From a virus (taxonomy: Duplodnaviria > Caudoviricetes): a stretch of DNA of 46,103 bases. Made by a program: the position numbers and the translations under genes. Position 1 is the first letter of the stretch. Each line of letters begins with the position of its first letter. Where the stretch lies: IMG/VR virus record IMGVR_UViG_3300044852_000034, positions 1 to 46,103 of that record; one strand, given 5' to 3'. A model generated the notes under the pieces. That model was not told the origin of the DNA. It did no database searches and saw only the letters and a program-made list of their open reading frames with translations. Of the stretch, positions 18,984 through 26,188 are shown in pieces.

Positions 18984-19016
18984 GTGCAATAGGGCACGCC
19001 GTATCCCAAGTGGAAC
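18984..19016. promoter_or_regulatory. Paired operator-like sites overlapping the repressor -35
   Basis: GTGCAATAGGGCAC at 18984-18997 and ATCCCAAGTGGAAC at 19003-19016; minus-strand TTGCAC overlaps the first. Confidence 0.65.
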
Positions 19017-19092
19017 GAGGCGTAGCAGGTAGTAGCAGAACGTGCACTGAGTACACAAACGAGTAATTTCGTAGCGAAACGTGCGTAGTGGG

Positions 19093-19121
19093 TTGCAATC
19101 GTGCCAAGTGGGACGTATTGT
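19093..19121 (+). promoter_or_regulatory. Early rightward SigA-type promoter with operator in the spacer
   Basis: TTGCAA-17 nt-TATTGT; GTGCCAAGTGGGAC at 19101-19114; ATG 19129 lies at the expected transcription start. Confidence 0.78.
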
Positions 19122-19128
19122 TCATGTC

Positions 19129-19347
19129 ATGACCTTCCCAACAATGGCCCAAGTCGCCGGCCACTTAGCCGCGCAAAGCACCGGGCAAGGGCTCACCATC
19201 AAAGACTTAGCAACGGCCACAGGCATCAGCCCGAGAATGGTCGAAGCGAAGCTCAAAGGTGAGCGACCGATCAGCACCGGCGACCTCGCCCGGCTGGCCG
19301 AAGCACTAGGCACCACCCCCGGCCAGGTTTACACCGCACTGGCCTAA
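19129..19347 (+). CDS. Cro-like HTH regulator
   Basis: LTIKDLATATGISPRMVEAKLKGERPISTGDL XRE-type HTH. Confidence 0.85.
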   Translation: MTFPTMAQVAGHLAAQSTGQGLTIKDLATATGISPRMVEAKLKGERPISTGDLARLAEALGTTPGQVYTALA

Positions 19348-19407
19348 GACCCGCACAGGGCAAGGATTAGCCACCCGGTAGCGCTTGACGGCGTGAGGGT
19401 AGGCGAC

Positions 19408-19430
19408 TGTTGTTTGAGAACTCAATAGCG
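19408..19430 (+). promoter_or_regulatory. rRNA-leader-type boxA antitermination motif
   Basis: TGTTGTTTGAGAACTCAATAGCG matches the actinobacterial rrn leader boxA/CL2 sequence as I recall it. Confidence 0.7.
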
Positions 19431-19545
19431 TTTGAAGTTTTGATCGGTGACGCCTGACATGACCCCATGCGGCGAATGATGAACGGCCGATCACAAGACA
19501 CCCCGCCGCGTCATTTACCCAGGACGCAGGGGCGCACAGTACGCC

Positions 19546-19559
19546 GTGCCATATGGCAC
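19546..19559. promoter_or_regulatory. Perfect palindrome GTGCCATATGGCAC in the early leader
   Basis: Exact match. Confidence 0.8.
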
Positions 19560-19578
19560 GGACGGCAGCGCGGCGGGG

Positions 19579-19629
19579 GCCCTGAGCCGATTCGGCGGTA
19601 GCCCGGGTTCGATCCCCGGCAGGGCACAA
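19579..19629 (+). ncRNA. tRNA-like minihelix (acceptor stem plus T arm)
   Basis: GCCCTG/CAGGGC stem, CCGGG-TTCGATC-CCCGG T arm, GCCG-ATT-CGGC in place of D and anticodon arms, ends ACAA. Confidence 0.55.
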
Positions 19630-19658
19630 ATCATCCCCCTACAACCAGCAGAAGGAGC

Positions 19659-19672
19659 GTGCCATATGGCAC
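19659..19672. promoter_or_regulatory. Perfect palindrome GTGCCATATGGCAC over the excisionase start codon
   Basis: Exact match; contains ATG 19666. Confidence 0.8.
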
Positions 19673-19866
19673 TCGCAGTAATCCAAGATCAGATGATGAC
19701 CCAAGCGGAGGCGGCACAGTTCCTCTCCCTCTCCCCGCGGACGCTCGAAAAATGGCGATCCGAGTTAACTGGACCCCCGTACCGGAAGCTCGGCACGGCA
19801 GTCCGGTACAAACTGTCCGAGCTCACGGCCTGGCTGGACGAATCCGCGCAGGCCGGCCAGCCATGA
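19666..19866 (+). CDS. Excisionase-like HTH protein (AlpA/MerR-type)
   Basis: MMTQAEAAQFLSLSPRTLEKWR..GPPY.KLG.AVRY..SEL.AWL; GAAGGAG RBS. Confidence 0.85.
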   Translation: MALAVIQDQMMTQAEAAQFLSLSPRTLEKWRSELTGPPYRKLGTAVRYKLSELTAWLDESAQAGQP

Positions 19867-20075
19867 CGCAGCCCATGTACCTGCGCCGGCTGACCACCAA
19901 CCGGCCGCGCGTGTGCAAGTCCCCTGGCGGGACATGGTGGGCCGAACGGCGGCTCCCCCTATGGGACGCCGCCAAAGGCTCCCTCCACACGCACCAGTGC
20001 AAAGCATTCGCCACCCAGCCCGAAGCGATCGCCCAAGCGACGACGTGGGCCCCGAAGAAAGCAGCCAAACCGTGA
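19863..20075 (+). CDS. Hypothetical protein
   Basis: ATGA overlap in a coupled operon. Confidence 0.6.
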   Translation: MTQPMYLRRLTTNRPRVCKSPGGTWWAERRLPLWDAAKGSLHTHQCKAFATQPEAIAQATTWAPKKAAKP

Positions 20076-20176
20076 ACGCCCTAATCCTCATATTGGCCCT
20101 CGTCCCTGTCGGCCTGATGATCCGTCCCGCACTCCGCTATGACCGCGCACTCAAGAACGCAAGGAGCACCCGATGA
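20072..20176 (+). CDS. Small membrane protein
   Basis: GTGA overlap; hydrophobic NALILILALVPVGLMI. Confidence 0.55.
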   Translation: MNALILILALVPVGLMIRPALRYDRALKNARSTR

Positions 20177-20358
20177 GCCACTACACAGAGCCGGCGAGGC
20201 CCGCGGCGAAGCAGTCCTTCCACTCCGACGCCGCACTGCACCGCATGAACTCGATTCTGCCGCCCACACCGGAGCAGATCGAAGCTGCGAAGAACGTTGT
20301 CTTCCGGGAGCCTGACGCCGACCGTCTGGGCCTGATGATCTTCAACGAGGCGCTATGA
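20173..20358 (+). CDS. Hypothetical protein
   Basis: AAGGAG RBS; coupled. Confidence 0.65.
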   Translation: MSHYTEPARPAAKQSFHSDAALHRMNSILPPTPEQIEAAKNVVFREPDADRLGLMIFNEAL

Positions 20359-20645
20359 GCCTCCACGAAGAACTCCGCGAACTGATCGCAACGAACGGCT
20401 GCAGCGGATGCATGGACCTCCTGCAGTATGCGCTCGACCGCCACCCCGAACCGACACCCCCGGATCCGGCAGTGCGTTGGGGAGTCCGCTTCAAGGTAAC
20501 CGGCAACATGTGGCGCCAGTTCATCCCCGAGTACCAGGCCCGCGACATGTGCGACAACCTGAACAAGATCAGCCCCGACTCCGCAGAAGTCGTGACCACC
20601 ACCCACACCCCCGGCACCCGCCCCGCACCCTGGGTGCCTGCCTGA
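20355..20645 (+). CDS. Hypothetical protein
   Basis: GAGG RBS; coupled. Confidence 0.6.
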   Translation: MSLHEELRELIATNGCSGCMDLLQYALDRHPEPTPPDPAVRWGVRFKVTGNMWRQFIPEYQARDMCDNLNKISPDSAEVVTTTHTPGTRPAPWVPA

Positions 20646-20776
20646 TGTGCATCCTCCAAGAGCACATCGAACGCGAACGCCGCGCCCGGGAAGCGGAAGA
20701 CCCCACACCGTATGGCCCGGAGCTCGTCACTGACCCCGGCGACTCACCCAGCTACCAGAACATGAGGACCGAATGA
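20645..20776 (+). CDS. Small hypothetical protein (MCILQEHIERE...)
   Basis: TGATG overlap; fills the gap. Confidence 0.5.
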   Translation: MCILQEHIERERRAREAEDPTPYGPELVTDPGDSPSYQNMRTE

Positions 20777-21384
20777 AAGTCCACGAAGCAGTCACCGCCG
20801 TCATGGAAGACGTCGGCGCCGTCCGCAAAGACGGCCGCAACACCCAACAGAACTTCAACTTCCGCGGCGTCGATGCCGTTGTGAACGCTCTCTCCCCGGT
20901 CATGCGCAAGCACGGGCTCACCATCCACTCATCCCGGGTGACGAAGGAAGCCAGCGGCAAGCAGTTATCCGGCGGGAAGTCGGCAACATCGGTTGACGTG
21001 ACGGTTGACTACACGTTCACCGGCCCCGAAGGTGACACGTTCACCGCGCAGGTAGTCGCGGAAGCCTTTGACATGGGAGACAAGGCCACCGCCAAAGCGA
21101 TGTCCGTCGCATACCGGACCTGCCTATTGCAGACGTTCGTTCTCCCCACTGACGACAAGGACCCGGACGAGCAGAACTACGAGCAGGAACGCCACCCGCA
21201 GCAGCGCGCAGACCAGGGCCCGAGCCGGGCAGAGCAAGCGCTACTGAACGCCGCCGGCGACCTTGTGAAGCTGCAGGCCGTCCGCAACTGGGCTAAGGGC
21301 GTCGGCGCGCCTGACGAGTACATGGCCCGCGTCGAGGCCGCAATCACCGAAGCCACCCCCATCGAAGGGAACGTACAGCCATGA
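20773..21384 (+). CDS. erf: ERF-family ssDNA annealing protein
   Basis: KDGRN.QQNFNFRG.D, DMGDKATAKAMSVAYR..L...F.LPT.D.DPD. Confidence 0.88.
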   Translation: MKVHEAVTAVMEDVGAVRKDGRNTQQNFNFRGVDAVVNALSPVMRKHGLTIHSSRVTKEASGKQLSGGKSATSVDVTVDYTFTGPEGDTFTAQVVAEAFDMGDKATAKAMSVAYRTCLLQTFVLPTDDKDPDEQNYEQERHPQQRADQGPSRAEQALLNAAGDLVKLQAVRNWAKGVGAPDEYMARVEAAITEATPIEGNVQP

Positions 21385-21938
21385 CCACCTTGAAGGAACA
21401 GAACCTCCGATTCTTGCTCATGAAGACGTTGACGGACATGGTGAAGACGGAGACGGACGCCGGCCGCTCCGAACTGATGGAAGTCCTCCTGGAACAGTTC
21501 GAGGAAACGGGCACGAAGTCGTTCAGTGTGGGCATTCCGGGCGCGGAGAAGGTGGCGACGTTCACGATCGCGGAACCGAAGCCCGGGCACAAGGTCAACG
21601 AGGCCGAGTTGCTGGAATGGTGCCAGGAGAACCGCCCGGACCTTGTGGAGACGATCGAGCACCCGGAAATGGTCCTCGAAGCGTGGACCGAGCACAAGCT
21701 TGTGGACGGCACGGAGAAGGCCATCACCACGGACTACAAGCTCGCCAAGGACACGTACATCACGGAGGACGGCGAACCGATCCCCGGCGTTGAGTACATC
21801 CCCGCCGGCACCCCCAAGTCATTCACCGTCCGTTACGAGAAGGGCGGGCAGGAGCGCGTTATCGAAGCGTGGCGCTCCGGCGAACTCGGCACCATCGAAC
21901 CCGGCAAAACCCTCCCGCAGATCGGCGGCACGGCATGA
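21381..21938 (+). CDS. Hypothetical recombination-associated protein
   Basis: Acidic; GEPIPGVE motif common in partners of phage annealing proteins. Confidence 0.65.
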   Translation: MTTLKEQNLRFLLMKTLTDMVKTETDAGRSELMEVLLEQFEETGTKSFSVGIPGAEKVATFTIAEPKPGHKVNEAELLEWCQENRPDLVETIEHPEMVLEAWTEHKLVDGTEKAITTDYKLAKDTYITEDGEPIPGVEYIPAGTPKSFTVRYEKGGQERVIEAWRSGELGTIEPGKTLPQIGGTA

Positions 21939-22207
21939 GCGCATACCCGATAAAGAGCGCCCTTCTTCACCCAGTGATTGCCATACAAGGCGCCCGTGAG
22001 TTTCGTTCATCAATTGGCATGACCTGGGACGACGACGCGAAGAACGAGGCGTATGACTTCGGCCGAGAACTTGCCCACCGCCTAACATTCCGCAAATGGG
22101 ATCACGCCGCGTGGGACTACTGCTATAGCGCCCAATGCGAGAAGGAAACGATCTGGCATGGCGAGTATTGCTCGTCATGCGGACGTCAATGGGGCTACCC
22201 GCTATGA
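21935..22207 (+). CDS. Hypothetical protein with C-terminal Zn ribbon
   Basis: ATGA overlap; CxxxxC...CxxC. Confidence 0.6.
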   Translation: MSAYPIKSALLHPVIAIQGAREFRSSIGMTWDDDAKNEAYDFGRELAHRLTFRKWDHAAWDYCYSAQCEKETIWHGEYCSSCGRQWGYPL

Positions 22208-22947
22208 GGGCCTACTACTCCGACGATTCTGTGATCCTCTACCTTGGCGATTCTCGCGAGGTAATGCCAACCCTCGCGGACGGTAGCGTGAAGGCGGTGC
22301 TTACAGACCCGCCTTACAGCGACCACACGCACAATAGCGCCCGGACTAACAAGCGGACGAAGACCGGAAACGGCAGCGCGCAGCGTGCCCTCAGCGGCGG
22401 ACAAAACACCTTCGGCTCTATCTCACTGGAAGACCTCACGGCTGCATTTAGGGAGTGCGGGAGGATTAGTCAAGGTTGGGTTGTATCAACGCTGGACACA
22501 CTCCACTCGGCACACTTCACCATCGGGCATGAAGTACCAGGCTTGCGGTTACTTCGGACGGGCGTATGGGTAAAGACCAATCCCATGCCAAGCATTAGTG
22601 GCGACCGGCCCGGGCAAGGTTGGGAAGCTATCGCATACTTTCACCGCAGCGATACCCGGCCAACATGGAACGGTGGGGGCAGGGCAGGCAACTGGGTTCT
22701 GCCGACCGTCCAAAAGGCAGGCCACCCGACGTCCAAACCAGTAGAGATGGTGGGCGACTGGGTAAGGCTGTTCACTGAACCCGGGGACACGGTCCTAGAC
22801 CCGTTTGCAGGCTCAGGAACGACGCTCCGGGCAGCCGTGGACAACGGGCGCAAAGCGATCGGAATCGAAATAGATGAGGCGTATTGCGAACTCATCGCCA
22901 AGCGTCTTTCCCAAGGCGCTCTTGACATATTTGGGGGCGCAGCATGA
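22204..22947 (+). CDS. Site-specific DNA methyltransferase (N4-C/N6-A, beta class)
   Basis: TDPPY precedes HPTSKP and VLDPFAGSGTT; GIEIDEAYC. Confidence 0.92.
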   Translation: MRAYYSDDSVILYLGDSREVMPTLADGSVKAVLTDPPYSDHTHNSARTNKRTKTGNGSAQRALSGGQNTFGSISLEDLTAAFRECGRISQGWVVSTLDTLHSAHFTIGHEVPGLRLLRTGVWVKTNPMPSISGDRPGQGWEAIAYFHRSDTRPTWNGGGRAGNWVLPTVQKAGHPTSKPVEMVGDWVRLFTEPGDTVLDPFAGSGTTLRAAVDNGRKAIGIEIDEAYCELIAKRLSQGALDIFGGAA

Positions 22948-23315
22948 GCGGCGCATCTCCCATGCACGAGCTCAACCAGCACCTAATCGCATGGGACGAG
23001 AAACTGGCCGAGCAGCAGGACACCATCGTCAAGGCAGGCATAGCCGAAGCGGATTACCGCCACGCCCGGGCCGTGTTCATGATGAAGCTCAAGGCCGAGA
23101 ACCCGAAGCTGGCCGAGTCATGGGCGGGCATCGAGGCGGACGCTGACGAGAACGTAGCCAGGCTCAACCGGGACCGGCAAGGCTGGACCGCAGTGTCCGA
23201 AGCAGTCAAGTCCCGGCTCGCATGGTTCCGGGCCAAGGCTGACGGGCTCCGCTCCGCTGTGGCGAACGACCGCGCAGCCTCACAACTCTACGCAGACAAC
23301 AGGGGGACCACATGA
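22944..23315 (+). CDS. Hypothetical coiled-coil protein
   Basis: Coupled; helical pattern. Confidence 0.65.
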   Translation: MSGASPMHELNQHLIAWDEKLAEQQDTIVKAGIAEADYRHARAVFMMKLKAENPKLAESWAGIEADADENVARLNRDRQGWTAVSEAVKSRLAWFRAKADGLRSAVANDRAASQLYADNRGTT

Positions 23316-23575
23316 AAGGCAACCAGCACTACGCACTAGCTCTAGAGCGCACGGGATGGGTGCACGCTATGCAGGAATCCGAAGGGCAGACCGACGCGAC
23401 ACACGTCACGACGGCACTGGACGCGCTCACGGAAGCAACCCTCGCCCTTGCCTACGAGCAGCGCACGGCCAACCTCATCGCCCTACTGACGGCAAGCTTT
23501 ACCGCCGTGCGAATTAACGGCGTTGACTGCGGGGCGCTGGGTGGGCAGATCACGGAACGGCTGGACCTCGAATGA
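23312..23575 (+). CDS. Hypothetical protein
   Basis: ATLALAYEQRTANLIA motif; coupled. Confidence 0.65.
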   Translation: MKGNQHYALALERTGWVHAMQESEGQTDATHVTTALDALTEATLALAYEQRTANLIALLTASFTAVRINGVDCGALGGQITERLDLE

Positions 23576-23721
23576 GCCGCGACATCCGGGCCCAGGTGAA
23601 CAGCATCATCCCGTGGGCGCCCGGAGCGAACACCGTCGAAGTGACCCTACTCGTCACCGAGGCAGACGCCGAAGCCCTCTACGGCCAAGACACTGTGACG
23701 ATCAACGTGAAGGAGGGCTGA
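23572..23721 (+). CDS. Small hypothetical protein, 49 aa (MSRDIRAQVNSIIPW...), absent from the ORF track
   Basis: ATGA and TGATG overlaps on both sides. Confidence 0.6.
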   Translation: MSRDIRAQVNSIIPWAPGANTVEVTLLVTEADAEALYGQDTVTINVKEG

Positions 23722-24056
23722 TGGGCAAGATACCGGACAGGGTGCGGCAACTCGTGTTCGCCCGCGACAACCACCGCTGCCCGCACTGCGGGGAAACGGA
23801 AGCGATCGGCCTGCAGCACCGCATCTCGAAGGGCATGGGCGGATCCAAGCTACTCGACGTCCCCTCGAACCTGCTGACCTTCTGCAACGTCGGCAACGCA
23901 GCACTCGAAGCAGACGCCAGCGCCGCCACCTACGGCCGCATGAATGGATGGAAACTGAGCCGATGGCAGGAGCCGGAAGGCGAAGTGTTCTACGACGTCA
24001 CAGACGGCGCCTGGCACCTACTCGACAACACCTATGGAAGGAGGCGTGCCATATGA
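23721..24056 (+). CDS. HNH-like endonuclease
   Basis: RDNHRCPHCG, QHR..KGMGGS, SNLLTFC. Confidence 0.75.
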   Translation: MGKIPDRVRQLVFARDNHRCPHCGETEAIGLQHRISKGMGGSKLLDVPSNLLTFCNVGNAALEADASAATYGRMNGWKLSRWQEPEGEVFYDVTDGAWHLLDNTYGRRRAI

Positions 24057-24078
24057 CACGCTTATCCCCGCATGGCAC
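24046..24078. promoter_or_regulatory. Operator-like site GTGCCATATGACAC over a start codon, plus weak partner
   Basis: 24046-24059 (1 mismatch) and TCCCCGCATGGCAC at 24065-24078. Confidence 0.7.
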
Positions 24079-25168
24079 ACCCGACCCGACAATGCGCATC
24101 TTGTCACTGGGCGCTGGCGTGCAGTCATCGGCGCTGCTCATCCTCGCCGCCCGCGGCGACCTGCCCAAGCTCGACGCAGCGATATTCTCAGACACCGGCT
24201 GGGAACCCGCCGACGTATACGCACACCTGGACAGGCTCGAGAAGGAAATCGCACAGCCTGCCGGCATACCGATATACCGCGTATCTTCTGGGAATATCCG
24301 CGACGACGCGCTGAACCCGGCGCACAGGTTCGCATCCATGCCCCTATTCATCAAGGGCCCGTGCCAAACGTGCGGCGCGACCGGCCAAGAGGACAAGCCT
24401 GCCTACACCACCATGTATCCGACCGAAATCCCGGATGCATTCGAGGAGGTTGAGGTCCCCGCATACCGGGGCCCTTGCCGCAAATGCAGGGGCACCGGCA
24501 AGCAGGACGGTATCGCCCGCCGGCAGTGCACGTCGGAATACAAGCTCAAGCCGATCAAGGCGAAGACGCGCGAGCTCCTGGGCGCGCAGCCGAAAGAGAA
24601 CGGCGTCCCGGGCCGGGTCCCGAATAAGGCATACGCAGAACAGTGGATCGGCATAAGCACGGATGAGCGGAGTCGGGCCCTGGACTCTGCCGGCAGTCTC
24701 AAAATTGGCGACGTCAAATACTCTCGGAACCGCTATCCGCTCCTTGAACTGGGCATGTCGCGCGACAACTGCTACTCGCTTTTGACTGCGCACGGGTTCG
24801 GGCAGACACCGAAGTCCGCCTGTATCGGATGCCCGTTTCACACAAATGCGCACTGGCGCATGATCCGGGAGAGTCCCGCGGACTGGGCGGATGCCGTGGA
24901 CTTCGACAAGCAGATCCGCGGAGGATCCGCCAGGGCCAACGCGAGCGGATCCGCGCTCCGCGGGGAAATGTTCCTACACAGATCAATGGTCCCACTCGAG
25001 CAGGCCCCGATTGACCGCGACAGCTTCAAGGCATGGGCGGATAGGCAGGGTGACGTACTGCACATGCTCAACGTGGCCGAGTTCGAGGAAAAGCTTGAAG
25101 CCGAGGACCGCGACAGCCTCACCGGATGCTCGCCGTTCTCGTGCCGATCCGACGAAGACGATGACTAG
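24053..25168 (+). CDS. PAPS reductase/DndC-like PP-loop protein
   Basis: ILSLGAGVQS, FSDTGWE, RQCT..YK, KSACIGCPF; AAGGAGG RBS. Confidence 0.8.
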   Translation: MTRLSPHGTPDPTMRILSLGAGVQSSALLILAARGDLPKLDAAIFSDTGWEPADVYAHLDRLEKEIAQPAGIPIYRVSSGNIRDDALNPAHRFASMPLFIKGPCQTCGATGQEDKPAYTTMYPTEIPDAFEEVEVPAYRGPCRKCRGTGKQDGIARRQCTSEYKLKPIKAKTRELLGAQPKENGVPGRVPNKAYAEQWIGISTDERSRALDSAGSLKIGDVKYSRNRYPLLELGMSRDNCYSLLTAHGFGQTPKSACIGCPFHTNAHWRMIRESPADWADAVDFDKQIRGGSARANASGSALRGEMFLHRSMVPLEQAPIDRDSFKAWADRQGDVLHMLNVAEFEEKLEAEDRDSLTGCSPFSCRSDEDDD

Positions 25169-25185
25169 ACCAGGAAGGAGCCCCA

Positions 25186-25368
25186 ATGATTCGCTTACCG
25201 GGCGCGTGGCCCAAGCAAGTCTGCTTCGACCGTAGCAAGACACTCAAGAACACGAACGGCTGGCACTACGTGTGCACCCGCCGCCACTCCCACGGCGGCC
25301 GGCACGCGCACGTCTGGTGGGACCTGGGAGGCCGGGTCCGCGCCGTGTGGGGGGAGCGAGATGGCTAG
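25186..25368 (+). CDS. Small Cys/His-rich hypothetical protein
   Basis: AAGGAG RBS; CTR..SH.GRH. Confidence 0.6.
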   Translation: MIRLPGAWPKQVCFDRSKTLKNTNGWHYVCTRRHSHGGRHAHVWWDLGGRVRAVWGERDG

Positions 25369-26188
25369 GGACCGCGCGAACATCAACACGAACATCCACA
25401 CGGACCAGGACTGGCGTGACCTGACCATCGCTGAACAGCACTTGTACTGGCTGCTGTCCACCCACCCGGACCTGAACTATGTCGGAGTGGTGGACTGGCG
25501 CACGGCGAGACTGGCCGCGATGGCAGCAGACGCCACACGGGCGAGCATCCAGGAGACAGCCGAGAGCCTGCAGGGCAAACGGTTCGTGTTCATTGATGAG
25601 GAGACGGAAGAAATTCTGGTCCGGTCTTTCCTTCGTCACGATGGCTTGTTGAAGCAGCCGAAGCTTTCAATCTCGATGGTGAACGCCTACGGGGCCACGG
25701 CCTCTAAACGGATCCGGGAGGTTGTCACGTTCGAGCTTCAACGGCTGTACGCGGAGTTCCCGGAGTGGGCAGCGTTTAGGCAAGAGAAGGTGATGGCGCT
25801 GGTCGAAGGTAAGGGTACGGATATGGCGGAGTTTACCCAAGGGTTTACCCCTGCCGTTACCCCTCTGTTTAGGGTAAACGCTGACCAAGCCCAAGCCCTG
25901 CCTACAACTACTACTACTACTACAGCTACAGAAAAGCTCTCCCGCCGTTCGCCGGAAGCTGCTCTCCCTGACACTTGGAAGCCAACAGCGGCACATGAGG
26001 AAAAGGCGAGAGAGAAATACCTTGACGTGAATCTGCAAGCCGAGACGTTCCGAAACCATGCCCTGGCAAATGACAGGCGGGCGAGGAACTGGAACGCAGC
26101 GTTCAACAACTGGCTCATCAAGGCCACTGCTGGGACGCCGCCGAAGTCACGGAACATGCCGCAGCAGTACGGCTGGGCTAACCAGTGA
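25361..26188 (+). CDS. Replication initiator (replisome organiser)
   Basis: N-terminal winged-helix-like region, low-complexity linker, C-terminal FRNH...NW.AAF.NW; upstream of helicase. Confidence 0.8.
   Translation: MARDRANINTNIHTDQDWRDLTIAEQHLYWLLSTHPDLNYVGVVDWRTARLAAMAADATRASIQETAESLQGKRFVFIDEETEEILVRSFLRHDGLLKQPKLSISMVNAYGATASKRIREVVTFELQRLYAEFPEWAAFRQEKVMALVEGKGTDMAEFTQGFTPAVTPLFRVNADQAQALPTTTTTTTATEKLSRRSPEAALPDTWKPTAAHEEKAREKYLDVNLQAETFRNHALANDRRARNWNAAFNNWLIKATAGTPPKSRNMPQQYGWANQ
25831..25930. other. Candidate replication origin inside the initiator gene
   Basis: GTTTACCC x2, GTTACCC, inverted GGGTAAAC, then an (ACT)n AT-rich run. Confidence 0.5.

Noticed and set aside
19408-19430. 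rRNA gene fragment
   Set aside because: Only the short leader motif is present; no 16S sequence follows.
19546-19665. ORFs starting MPYGT (19546, 19659, 16536, 29517, 32194)
   Set aside because: These are translations of the palindrome itself (GTG CCA TAT GGC AC), not a peptide family.
24053-25168. Complete Dnd phosphorothioation or sulfate assimilation pathway
   Set aside because: Only one PP-loop gene is present; no dndA/B/D/E or cys partners were recognised.
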